This document shows, piece by piece, positions 25,990-34,309 of a stretch of DNA of 54,258 nucleotides. The translations under genes and the position numbers were made by a program. The DNA is from Patescibacteria group bacterium (GTDB lineage: Bacteria; Patescibacteriota; Patescibacteriia; 2-12-FULL-60-25): NCBI GenBank assembly GCA_018830085.1, contig JAHJSR010000101.1:1-54258 (forward strand), given 5' to 3'. The notes beneath the pieces are model-generated. The model was not told the DNA's origin. It saw only the letters and a program-made list of their open reading frames with translations, and did not search any database. How positions within the stretch are numbered: the first letter of the stretch is position 1; each line of letters starts with the position of its first letter.

Positions 25990-28011
25990 CTATTCCCAAA
26001 TATCCCTATACCCCGGCTCATCCGCATCCGGATAATCAATTTCTCCCTGCTTAGTAAGATCATAAAGATGATGTAATTGTATCCCGGAATTAGACAAAGT
26101 AATAAACGAATCATCCATATATGCAACTCGATTAATATCCTCATCATAATTACCATAATACCAACCCGACTTTAACATCGCCTGATCATCAACATGATGA
26201 GTAATCTTTCCCAACAACTCAAAACCATTCTCAACTGTTAAACGATAAACGTATGCTCCTTGAAAAGTAAACTCTCCATACTCATTACCTTCGCGATTTG
26301 AATCCGCCTTAACCTCATCATCCAGTTCCGCGACACGTACCGGCAATGCAAGTAACTGCTTAGATGGTGAATATAGAAAAGCTTTATGATTATGCAATGC
26401 CTCAGACTCCGTTCCACGATCCCCAATCTCTGTTTTCCATAATTCTTTAGGATTTGTAACGTCCGTCACATCAAACACGGCCATCTTGATACCTTGATAC
26501 CAAGCAAATCCAGCCTGACCACCACTCCACGGATCTTCACCGGCTTCTACAGTATCTTTACCAACTCCAATAACATGATTTTCATCCATCGGATGTAAAT
26601 AATCCGAATAACCGGGGATTTTTAACTTGCCTAATATCGATGGATTTTGTGGATCTTTTAAATCAAGTACAAAAAATGGATCAACTTTTTTAAATGTAAC
26701 CATATAACCTCTGTTTCCCATAAACCTCATCGAATAGATCTTTTCCCCCGGTGCTATTCCCTCTATATTTCCTGTGGGCTTCAAATCATTATCCAATATA
26801 TAAACATTGTTTGTTGAATCAGCACCCGATCTTGAAACCTGCCCTTTAGTTGTAGCTACACGTAGATAATCATTATATTCATCAAGTGAAAATTGATTCA
26901 AAAGATGCCCTGGGACTGATCCTTGTTTTTTAAACTCAATCTTTCCTTCATCCAAATTAAATTTATAAATATTAGTTTTCTCTCGATCCTCAGGAATCAT
27001 ACTGTCATAAAAAGGACGTACATCCCATTGTTGTCTTGCTACATATAAATTATCCAAAGATGCATAAACCGTTTCACTTGATCCCAAAATAACTTCACGT
27101 TGCACTTCTCCTTGTCCATTCATTGGCACAGAAGCAACCGTTAAATATTCTCGCGTCGGCTGCGGATCAAAATATCCCACATCCCCACACCCGACCATGG
27201 GTTTAAAATCTGGACTTACACTACTATCACGATAAGCCGGTACCAAATCCTTTGCCTGTGGAATCATATCCAAAGTACGCCAAGGACTCCAAGAGTTCAT
27301 TACCAAATAAACATCACCATCTATCATTCTTGATGATGACAACGATCCATCAAACTCAACAGTTCTTACCTTGTATGGTTTAACGCGATCAGATATATCC
27401 CATAATTGAGCAATTGCCACTGATCCACCCCATGCATGAGGTGCAAATTCATAAATAATGTCATCAACCAAGGGCATTGGATAAATATTATCATTATAGG
27501 TTTGTCCCATTACCATTAATCGATCACCATCAATATAAAAATCATTTGCATTAACATTTTCATCCATATCAATCTGACCAACCAACTTTGCCGAATCAGC
27601 TGGTAATATCTGTGAAATCATTATTTTATTTTTAGAAAGATGATAAACATATGTTCCATCCATTTTTAATATATCAGCTTCATCAACTCCATCGACTTGC
27701 ACATTTGTTTGAGAATAATCGGTTGCAGAATTAGGAACTGCTCCGGCCGATGAATCAGCAGTCGGCATTGCCGCCAAAGGAGCGGACTTTTGCATCATGG
27801 GTACACCAATCATATCTTCCATTATGTACTCCCTTTGACTATCTGCCTTTGCGATCTGTTCTTTTAAAACCTTGCAAGTAGTAAAACGCTCTACACCAAC
27901 AATTTGATCAGGTGGAGTTAAAGGATTAACTTTTGGTGGAGCTGTTGGCGACAAACCAAAAGTTGTAATAACAATACCCGTAAAGGTTTTAAGCAAAAAT
28001 GATGAAAACAT
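25990..28011 (-). CDS. secreted beta-propeller domain protein (COG4880 / Beta_propel-like)
   Basis: N-terminal signal/anchor. YSQTNVQVDGVDEADILKMDGTYVY is the characteristic start of this family as I remember it. Long beta-rich C-terminal region. Confidence 0.6.
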   Translation of the reverse strand: MFSSFLLKTFTGIVITTFGLSPTAPPKVNPLTPPDQIVGVERFTTCKVLKEQIAKADSQREYIMEDMIGVPMMQKSAPLAAMPTADSSAGAVPNSATDYSQTNVQVDGVDEADILKMDGTYVYHLSKNKIMISQILPADSAKLVGQIDMDENVNANDFYIDGDRLMVMGQTYNDNIYPMPLVDDIIYEFAPHAWGGSVAIAQLWDISDRVKPYKVRTVEFDGSLSSSRMIDGDVYLVMNSWSPWRTLDMIPQAKDLVPAYRDSSVSPDFKPMVGCGDVGYFDPQPTREYLTVASVPMNGQGEVQREVILGSSETVYASLDNLYVARQQWDVRPFYDSMIPEDREKTNIYKFNLDEGKIEFKKQGSVPGHLLNQFSLDEYNDYLRVATTKGQVSRSGADSTNNVYILDNDLKPTGNIEGIAPGEKIYSMRFMGNRGYMVTFKKVDPFFVLDLKDPQNPSILGKLKIPGYSDYLHPMDENHVIGVGKDTVEAGEDPWSGGQAGFAWYQGIKMAVFDVTDVTNPKELWKTEIGDRGTESEALHNHKAFLYSPSKQLLALPVRVAELDDEVKADSNREGNEYGEFTFQGAYVYRLTVENGFELLGKITHHVDDQAMLKSGWYYGNYDEDINRVAYMDDSFITLSNSGIQLHHLYDLTKQGEIDYPDADEPGYRDIWE

Positions 28012-28147
28012 AACTTATTTCAAGTTAACTAATATTAATTACAGTTTATACTGACATTAATAAAAACGCCAATCCAATATATTTATGACAAAAAAATAAA
28101 TCGCCCGGATAATCCGAACGATCTACTTCATTGGGTAAAATAATATT

Positions 28148-28846
28148 TTATCTATCTAAACCCATACCTTGACCCATCTGACCATGCATTCCCCTACCAA
28201 TACCTTTAGCCGGGAAACCTTTTTGTGGTCCTTCTAACCCAAGCTCTTCACGAATTGTTTTAGCATCATCCATGAGCTGATGCATTTCCGAAAATCTAGA
28301 AAAATTATCAGCATTGATTACTTGTAAGTGCTCCGGCAATTGACCATCTACAGCGACTAAATCAAACCATGTTTGATAATCACCATTTATCGCCGCTTCA
28401 CGTATAGCTAATTGATTTTCTTCAGTATGCATAGGCTGACCTTGCCCCATACCTCTACCATCCATCTCCGACAAACCCAACTCTTTGGCGATACTTTTTG
28501 CTGTTTCGAAATCCTGATTCTTTAACGCTTCATGCATATCAACGAAACGATCAAAGTTATCTGCTGTTATTGTTTCTAAAATTTTAGGTATGTTGCCATT
28601 TTCAGGAGTTACGGCTGTTACAAAAGCATTATAATCTCTATTATCAATTGCTTTTTTAACAGCTTCGTCATTAAAGCCACCCATTCCATGCCTTTGACCC
28701 ATCATACCCTGAACAAAAGGCCTTTGTGTTAAATTATTAGCCACATTCTGTGCAGTATTAGTTTGAGCAAAAGTTGCTCCAGCAATGCTAAGTGCACCAA
28801 TAACTGCCGTAGCAATGCCTGCTTTTTTCCAAAAATCGTATGTCAT
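28148..28846 (-). CDS. secreted Met/His/Gly-rich repeat protein (candidate periplasmic metal-binding / stress protein)
   Basis: Signal peptide (AGATFA-QT). Two repeats of about 85 aa (AIDNRDYNAFV...ITADNFDRFVDMHEAL...KELGL and AINGDYQTWFD...INADNFSRFSEMHQLM...EELGL), each followed by a Met-rich tract (GRGMGQGQPMH, GIGRGMHGQMGQGMG). Confidence 0.7.
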   Translation of the reverse strand: MTYDFWKKAGIATAVIGALSIAGATFAQTNTAQNVANNLTQRPFVQGMMGQRHGMGGFNDEAVKKAIDNRDYNAFVTAVTPENGNIPKILETITADNFDRFVDMHEALKNQDFETAKSIAKELGLSEMDGRGMGQGQPMHTEENQLAIREAAINGDYQTWFDLVAVDGQLPEHLQVINADNFSRFSEMHQLMDDAKTIREELGLEGPQKGFPAKGIGRGMHGQMGQGMGLDR

Positions 28847-28946
28847 ATTTTTATCTGTAAATTAAACCTATAGGTGATTGGATTATTTTAGTTGACCAAG
28901 TCACTAAGGATATAATTTATTTCTTATTCTATTTAATTATCTATTT

Positions 28947-28959
28947 AAGGAGGTGATCC
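28947..28959. other. perfect 13-nt match to the canonical 16S rRNA 3' tail (minus strand GGATCACCTCCTT) / extended SD on the plus strand
   Basis: Plus strand reads AAGGAGGTGATCC, adjacent to the 10-bp palindrome CCCCGCGGGG (28958-28967). Lies in the intergenic gap of the sigma / anti-sigma / Met-rich protein operon. Confidence 0.5.
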
Positions 28960-29016
28960 CCGCGGGGTTTGGTGCGAATTTGGCTAGCCGTCTCATCCGC
29001 TCCACAAGCTTATACG

Positions 29017-29760
29017 TTAGGGTCTTATAGATTCTTTCACCTTCATCTCAAATACAGGCGGTCTAATACCCCTTGGACATGGCGCAATCTGCTCTGCGTC
29101 AAAATAATTTTCCGTTGTGCTTGGCACTCCCAATACTCTTATACAGCCTTCCGGTTTAATAATCCTATCCAAAGGTTGACTACAATTACTAATATTCACA
29201 TGCCAAATAACACCAGACACATCTCTCATGAATATCTCCTGTCGATCAATGGCTTTAATTTGTCCTAGCATCATACCCTGCTCAGGTTGCATAAACCTTT
29301 GCATGTGTGGCATTTGAACATAACGATATCCAGGCATCATCTCTGCAAATAACTCAATCTTTTCCGAAAAACCAGCTACTGATATCGCTCCACCAAATGC
29401 AACAAAAGCCAAAACAATAGCGCTCACTACAAAAACTGTTCTATACCTATAAGCTCTTGGCGCATGCACAAAAACAACAACAGCAGCTAAAGCCATAATA
29501 AAACTCAAGCCTATCCAAAACATCGGAAGAACCGATAAAAGTTGATCTAAAAATGATTCTTTTTGATATTCCAAAATAACAGTCTGTGGATCAGTAACAA
29601 ACCAAACCGCAACAGCACTAGATGCTATTCCCACAAAAACAAATGATCCAAAAATTACCCATATCAAAATTCTCTTGGCTTTGATTTGCCAAAATGGAAT
29701 AGGTTGAGGCATCTGACCATTTTGTATCTTTTGCTCAAATTGTTCGGCTAAGCTTCTCAT
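29017..29760 (-). CDS. multi-pass membrane protein in the anti-sigma position, with a Met-rich extracytoplasmic segment
   Basis: Its start overlaps the sigma stop by 4 nt. About 30 aa of cytoplasmic N-terminus and 3 TM helices, then MMPGYRYVQMPHMQRFMQPEQGMMLGQ and a Cys-containing C-domain. Confidence 0.55.
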   Translation of the reverse strand: MRSLAEQFEQKIQNGQMPQPIPFWQIKAKRILIWVIFGSFVFVGIASSAVAVWFVTDPQTVILEYQKESFLDQLLSVLPMFWIGLSFIMALAAVVVFVHAPRAYRYRTVFVVSAIVLAFVAFGGAISVAGFSEKIELFAEMMPGYRYVQMPHMQRFMQPEQGMMLGQIKAIDRQEIFMRDVSGVIWHVNISNCSQPLDRIIKPEGCIRVLGVPSTTENYFDAEQIAPCPRGIRPPVFEMKVKESIRP

Positions 29761-30350
29761 ATAGTTTTTTTAATATATTCTGTCTTTCCAGTCTCCTTAT
29801 GAAACTTTTTCTTCGCTCTGTGGATCCAAGTAGCAACCGTACCTGCTGGAGCTTTTAAAATATCTCCTATTTCGTCATATGTCTTTTCTTCAATGTATGC
29901 CAAAACCAGCACCGTTCTATCTCTCTCTGGCAGGGTGCTTAAAATTTTATTTACCATTTGTTTTGTTAAAGATTGTTCTGCCAAATTCGAACTATCAGAT
30001 TGTGCAGCCAATAAACGCATAAAGCCTTCATCATCGTCATCAATTGAAACATCTCCCATTGCTTTCTTTTTCTTTCTGTATGCTGAAATAGTTCTATTAT
30101 GAGCAATACGGTATATCCAACTCGAAAATTTCAATGAAGGATCAAAAGCTGAAATATTTCTATAAGCATCCATAAACGACTCTTGTAAAATATCTTCTGC
30201 ATCCTCGTATGAAAAACCACTTATTCTGCGAATATATATTAAAAGACGCGACTCATAGCGTCGTATCAATGTAACAAGCGCATGCGCATCTTTTAAGACC
30301 ATTTCTGCAAGCGCTTCATCGCTTAAATTTTGATATGATTCCGGGGGCAT
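29757..30350 (-). CDS. RNA polymerase sigma-70 factor, ECF subfamily
   Basis: Region 2 (EDAEDILQESFMDAYRNISAFD...WIYRIAHNRTISAYRKK) and region 4 (LPERDRTVLVLAYIEEKTYDEIGDILKAPAGTVATWIHRAKKKF). ATG at 30350; the 30401 start is TTG. Confidence 0.88.
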   Translation of the reverse strand: MPPESYQNLSDEALAEMVLKDAHALVTLIRRYESRLLIYIRRISGFSYEDAEDILQESFMDAYRNISAFDPSLKFSSWIYRIAHNRTISAYRKKKKAMGDVSIDDDDEGFMRLLAAQSDSSNLAEQSLTKQMVNKILSTLPERDRTVLVLAYIEEKTYDEIGDILKAPAGTVATWIHRAKKKFHKETGKTEYIKKTI

Positions 30351-30408
30351 ACCGGTTAATTTAATTATACGTAAGTTAGCTGTAAATCCTTTCAAAAGCA
30401 AATTTATG

Positions 30409-30439
30409 AAAAAAAAAGAGAAGCGTTTATCACGCTTCT
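30409..30439 (-). terminator. terminator of the GC-rich 535-aa gene
   Basis: Minus strand reads agaagcgt-gataa-acgcttct-cttttttttt. Confidence 0.8.
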
Positions 30440-30506
30440 GCAGTAGATTGCCGCGTTAACCGCTGGCAAAAAAGTTCATGTCACTGTGGAGATTACATCA
30501 CCCGCA

Positions 30507-32114
30507 CTAATGCGGAGGGGCGGTCGAATTTACGTCCTTACCACCCGAGGACGAATCTTCCGGAGTCTTACTAGGAGTCGTCATCCCACACAGGGATGGA
30601 TTGCTCTTGCATTCCTCCGGTATCAGATTTGGATTTTCCAAATAAACGAATCGAGCTGTACGATGCATGGGAGGCAAAATTCGGGGCCTTGTTACGGCCA
30701 CCTCCTTGCCAACATCCATGTCGCTAGCACCATCTCCTGCACGAGGAGAATTCATCTCTGTACTGCCACTGCCACTCGCAGACTTGATGGAAGACGATTC
30801 CTCCGACTTGTCAGCCGCAGGAATGACTGCCGCATGCGAGGGTTGGAGATTCTTTACTCCAGGAACAACAGACTTCACAGGCTTATTACCCGATCCATCT
30901 GCAGCAACTTCGGGAATCACGTTCTTGGCCGAGGACTTTTTTGCCGGTAGCACCAGCACCTGATAGCCCTGCAAGGCCAAAGTGAATCTTCCTTTGCACT
31001 GATTCATGAAACTGACATCAACCGGTCCATCCAGCTTATCCTTTTCCCAGGACTTGACGCTCATACGGGAGGGATCGATCTCTCGTGTTCCATCCTCATG
31101 AACGCAAACGCCGAATGTATCCTTGAACTGATTTGCTTGGTACACGACGAGCGCGTCAGTATTGTAGTTCTTGGCAAGCCAAGAACGTTCAATCTGTGCG
31201 TAGTAAGCGCCTTTGCGCACGAACACACGAGCCTCGTTAGTGTCGGCTACGCGCAACTCTAGCTCTTTGGGCAAACCATCTTGCGCCGTCTTGGCGCTCA
31301 ACTGTGGCTCACCCTGATCAGATTCATCAGCAGGAAGTGCCGAATTAATCTGAACTCGAACCTTGGGACGAGATGCAACACGAACCGGATCCTTAGGAAG
31401 CTCTGCTTTCACAGGCTCTTTATCGTTCGACGCAACGTCAGTCGAATCCAGCTGAGCTAGTTCAACCGCCGCCTCGTTGGCGTCTTTTCGAGTCGGGACC
31501 GGAGCAGTCGGCGTTACGCGCTTCACGTCTTCCGGTCGAACCGGAGAAACAACGTAAAGATTAGCGCGACGCTCACGAATGGCCGCGTCTTGCTCAGCAC
31601 GATACTGCGCAACCCTTTCATCAAAACTAGGCGGAGCATTCTCACGCTCACGTCGTAGTTGATTCAAGCGATCACGCTCGCGTTGAGCCAAAAATTCTTG
31701 CCGATTCTTGAGAACCCGAGGCATGTCGCCTTGAGACATCAATTGCACCGTGTTCAAACAACCAGCCCTGTCGGTCGACGAAGACCTCGGCGTCTGCAAA
31801 TGCTGAAGATGCCGTCCAATCGGATACGCCCTCATCAAAGAGAGCCACCGGTCAATGAACCGAGCCTCACAAGCCAGTCTGTCAGAAGTCCACCTCGAAA
31901 CGTCCTTATGATTCAACAAATAGGCATTGTACGCATTGGAGATGCAAACTTCGCCTTGCCGATCTGCGCAAGTCTCATTGCTCACACTGTCGTCAAGGCA
32001 CAGGGTCCGTTCCTCATCGTAGCACACCTTGTTTGCCGCTGTTGCCAAAGTTGGCAACAGAATCGTTGCCACAAAAGCAACGAACATCATCAATGACAGT
32101 TTGTTGAATTTCAT
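30507..32114 (-). CDS. secreted orphan protein, GC-rich cassette (535 aa)
   Basis: The ATG at 32114 is preceded by GGGGAGA. Signal peptide MKFNKLSLMMFVAFVATILLPTLATA. Contains Cys pairs, an Arg/Glu-rich helical tract and low-complexity Pro/Ser/Lys segments. A hand count of 31441-31500 gives 36/60 GC. No domain recognised. Confidence 0.7.
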   Translation of the reverse strand: MKFNKLSLMMFVAFVATILLPTLATAANKVCYDEERTLCLDDSVSNETCADRQGEVCISNAYNAYLLNHKDVSRWTSDRLACEARFIDRWLSLMRAYPIGRHLQHLQTPRSSSTDRAGCLNTVQLMSQGDMPRVLKNRQEFLAQRERDRLNQLRRERENAPPSFDERVAQYRAEQDAAIRERRANLYVVSPVRPEDVKRVTPTAPVPTRKDANEAAVELAQLDSTDVASNDKEPVKAELPKDPVRVASRPKVRVQINSALPADESDQGEPQLSAKTAQDGLPKELELRVADTNEARVFVRKGAYYAQIERSWLAKNYNTDALVVYQANQFKDTFGVCVHEDGTREIDPSRMSVKSWEKDKLDGPVDVSFMNQCKGRFTLALQGYQVLVLPAKKSSAKNVIPEVAADGSGNKPVKSVVPGVKNLQPSHAAVIPAADKSEESSSIKSASGSGSTEMNSPRAGDGASDMDVGKEVAVTRPRILPPMHRTARFVYLENPNLIPEECKSNPSLCGMTTPSKTPEDSSSGGKDVNSTAPPH

Positions 32115-32294
32115 GGTTTTCTCCCCAGTCTGAAACATGGGTTTTGTAACGAACGAATGTGCGTTTCCGCAATCCAGCGGATTATCCACTATGACTTAAA
32201 ACTAGCACCCTGTCAATAATAAGAGAATAGAAAATATTATCAATATTAAAAAAATAGCTTAACCCAGCTAAATTTTAATCAACAACTAAATTAT

Positions 32295-33068
32295 TTATAT
32301 TAAAAAGTAAATTAAAACCAAAACACCCAACACAATCCTATACCAAGCGAAAGGTACAAAATTGTTTTTACTGATAAAAGACAAAAACCACTTACTGACT
32401 ATATACGCTGAAACCAAAGAAACTAAAAATCCAATGACTAACAACATCACTTCATTTCCGCTTAAACCATTATTATATTTCAATAACGAATAACCTGATG
32501 CAGCTATTAGAGTCGGCACTGCAAGCAAAAAAGAAAACTTCGCAGCAAAAGGACGTGCGTATCCTAATAACAATAAACCAATTATCGTAGCACCAGATCT
32601 AGAGGTACCCGGAACTAATGCCAATGACTGGACCAAGCCAATTATTACTGCATCCTTATAACTTATTTCCTGCTTGGTTACTTTGCTATTACGCTTTTCT
32701 ATTATCAATAAAACTATTCCATAAAATATTAATGCTCCGGCAACAACATAAGCATTAAATAATTTTTCTTGAACAATATCCCCAAATAACAAACCAACAA
32801 TTGCAGTTATAACAAAAGCCGCTAATATCTTTCCCCATTTATTTTCTAATTCACCAAAACTCCACTTAGATGGCCATAAATCTTTCCAAAAAATAATTAT
32901 AACAGCCAAAATCGCTCCCGATTGAATCACAATATCAAATAACTTTGTAAACTCTTCAGAAAAATTAAACCATTGATTAAACAAAATGAGATGCCCCGTA
33001 GAAGAAATTGGCAAAAATTCAGTCACCCCTTCAACAATACCTAATATAATTGCATTTAAAATATCCAT
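32295..33068 (-). CDS. uppP: undecaprenyl-diphosphate phosphatase
   Basis: GVTEFLPISSTGHLIL, PGTSRSGATI; 7-8 TM helices. Confidence 0.93.
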   Translation of the reverse strand: MDILNAIILGIVEGVTEFLPISSTGHLILFNQWFNFSEEFTKLFDIVIQSGAILAVIIIFWKDLWPSKWSFGELENKWGKILAAFVITAIVGLLFGDIVQEKLFNAYVVAGALIFYGIVLLIIEKRNSKVTKQEISYKDAVIIGLVQSLALVPGTSRSGATIIGLLLLGYARPFAAKFSFLLAVPTLIAASGYSLLKYNNGLSGNEVMLLVIGFLVSLVSAYIVSKWFLSFISKNNFVPFAWYRIVLGVLVLIYFLI

Positions 33069-33074
33069 AATAGT

Positions 33075-33356
33075 TTACAATTGATTACTAGCGCTATCAA
33101 TTTCTTTATCATTATAAGATTTAACATACCTATTCACCGCATAACCCAAATATCCAATCGCTAAAGCCGTAATACCAATATCATCAAGCCATCCAAAAAA
33201 TGGCACTAAATCAACAATCAAATCAGCAGGCCAAATCAAATAAACAATAGCTACAGCCACGCCTACCTTTGGCTTCCAATCTGTTTTTCCATCTTTAAAA
33301 AATCTAATTAATTGTTTCCAATTAGGTATAAAATTTGCCTTTTTTGTCATATGCAA
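33075..33356 (-). CDS. DUF1232 (YkvA-like) membrane protein
   Basis: WPADLIVDLVPFFGWLDDIGITALAIGY matches the DUF1232 core. Confidence 0.75.
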   Translation of the reverse strand: MHMTKKANFIPNWKQLIRFFKDGKTDWKPKVGVAVAIVYLIWPADLIVDLVPFFGWLDDIGITALAIGYLGYAVNRYVKSYNDKEIDSASNQL

Positions 33357-33419
33357 TAGGTTATCATAAAAAACAAAAAAAGCCGACTATCGACTTTAAA
33401 ATACAAATTCTATCCTCAA

Positions 33420-34139
33420 CTAATCCAAACTTTTTAATAGGTCCACCCCATAATCCAACTTCAAACCACAATCATCTCCCTCCGATTTACACGAACAAGT
33501 CTCTAATATTAGAGATGCATAATCCGTACCCATTCTCCAACTTTGATCCGCGTAAACTTTAACATCCAAAAAATCAGCAGAAATTTTATCAAAATGCAGA
33601 TCATACTCACCTATATTTTCCAAATTTTCTAATTGATATTTACCCACTACATCGCCTTCTAAAAACAAATCCACAACAACGCCTTCAACATCTTGTTTAG
33701 ATAATGAAGTAAATTTAACATTAGTTAGACACCTACCCGGATCTAAATCTATCTTATATATACTTTCATCACCAACAGCAGATGTACTAAGCCTATCTGC
33801 AACTGGAATCATAACACTCACAACTTCACAAGCATCATCAACAGCCCTTGCAGCTCTATCGGTTGAACTTTCTAAACCATTTACAACACCACACATGCCA
33901 TCCAAACCAACGCTCACTTGCTTGGAAATATTTTGAAAGCGAATTTGTTGTGCATTGGTTGAGTATGCCCACATTGCATATCTAACACTTGTTACACCTG
34001 CGATACCAATAGCCAAAGCAAAAAAACCAACAGTAAATAATATTTTTTGATCAAAAAAACTTTTCGTATTAAAAAACTTATGACTTTGTTGTTTTTTAAT
34101 TAATGCTTTTTTCTTTTTGAATGTTTTTGTTTGGTCCAT
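33420..34139 (-). CDS. hypothetical membrane-anchored protein
   Basis: Lys-rich N-terminus, one TM (ILFTVGFFALAIGIAGV), then an extracytoplasmic domain of about 170 aa with scattered Cys. No domain recognised. Confidence 0.6.
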   Translation of the reverse strand: MDQTKTFKKKKALIKKQQSHKFFNTKSFFDQKILFTVGFFALAIGIAGVTSVRYAMWAYSTNAQQIRFQNISKQVSVGLDGMCGVVNGLESSTDRAARAVDDACEVVSVMIPVADRLSTSAVGDESIYKIDLDPGRCLTNVKFTSLSKQDVEGVVVDLFLEGDVVGKYQLENLENIGEYDLHFDKISADFLDVKVYADQSWRMGTDYASLILETCSCKSEGDDCGLKLDYGVDLLKSLD

Positions 34140-34192
34140 AACTCACCATACATTATACTCCACTAATTACATTTATTAAAATCCTCAATTTT

Positions 34193-34221
34193 TATAATAA
34201 AAGACGCGATTACTCGCGCCT
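34193..34221 (-). terminator. terminator of the DUF3298 lipoprotein gene
   Basis: Minus strand reads aggcgcg-agtaat-cgcgtct-tttattat (includes one G-U pair). Confidence 0.55.
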
Positions 34222-34309
34222 CATAAATACACTCCAGAAGAAATGTCACTTTTAGATTTTTAATCATGACCAATGATTAAATCACTAATTAAATTTTAGC
34301 AACGCATTG

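Noticed and set aside
28900-29016. Possibility that the GGATCACCTCCTT match marks a 16S rRNA gene end or rRNA fragment.
   Set aside because: The sequence upstream on the minus strand does not resemble the conserved helix 44/45 region of 16S beyond a GCGG..GGATCACCTCCTT stretch. It is flanked by protein-coding genes on both sides.
28969-29268. A 99-aa plus-strand ORF starting at TTG downstream of the perfect AAGGAGGTGATCC.
   Set aside because: The SD-to-start spacing is about 15 nt. The ORF is wholly antisense to the well-supported membrane-protein gene, and its composition looks non-coding. The SD-like 13-mer is kept as a separate finding.
30486-32096. Long plus-strand ORFs (154, 98 and 145 aa) antisense to the GC-rich 535-aa gene.
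   Set aside because: High GC depletes stop codons on the antisense strand. The products are Arg/Pro/Ser-rich with no start signals. The minus-strand gene has an SD, a signal peptide and a terminator.
34260-34280. Inverted repeat TTAATCAT-gacca-ATGATTAA downstream of the DUF3298 lipoprotein gene.
   Set aside because: It is only an 8-bp, all-A/T-dominated stem in AT-rich DNA, plausibly chance. The real terminator hairpin lies at 34193-34221.
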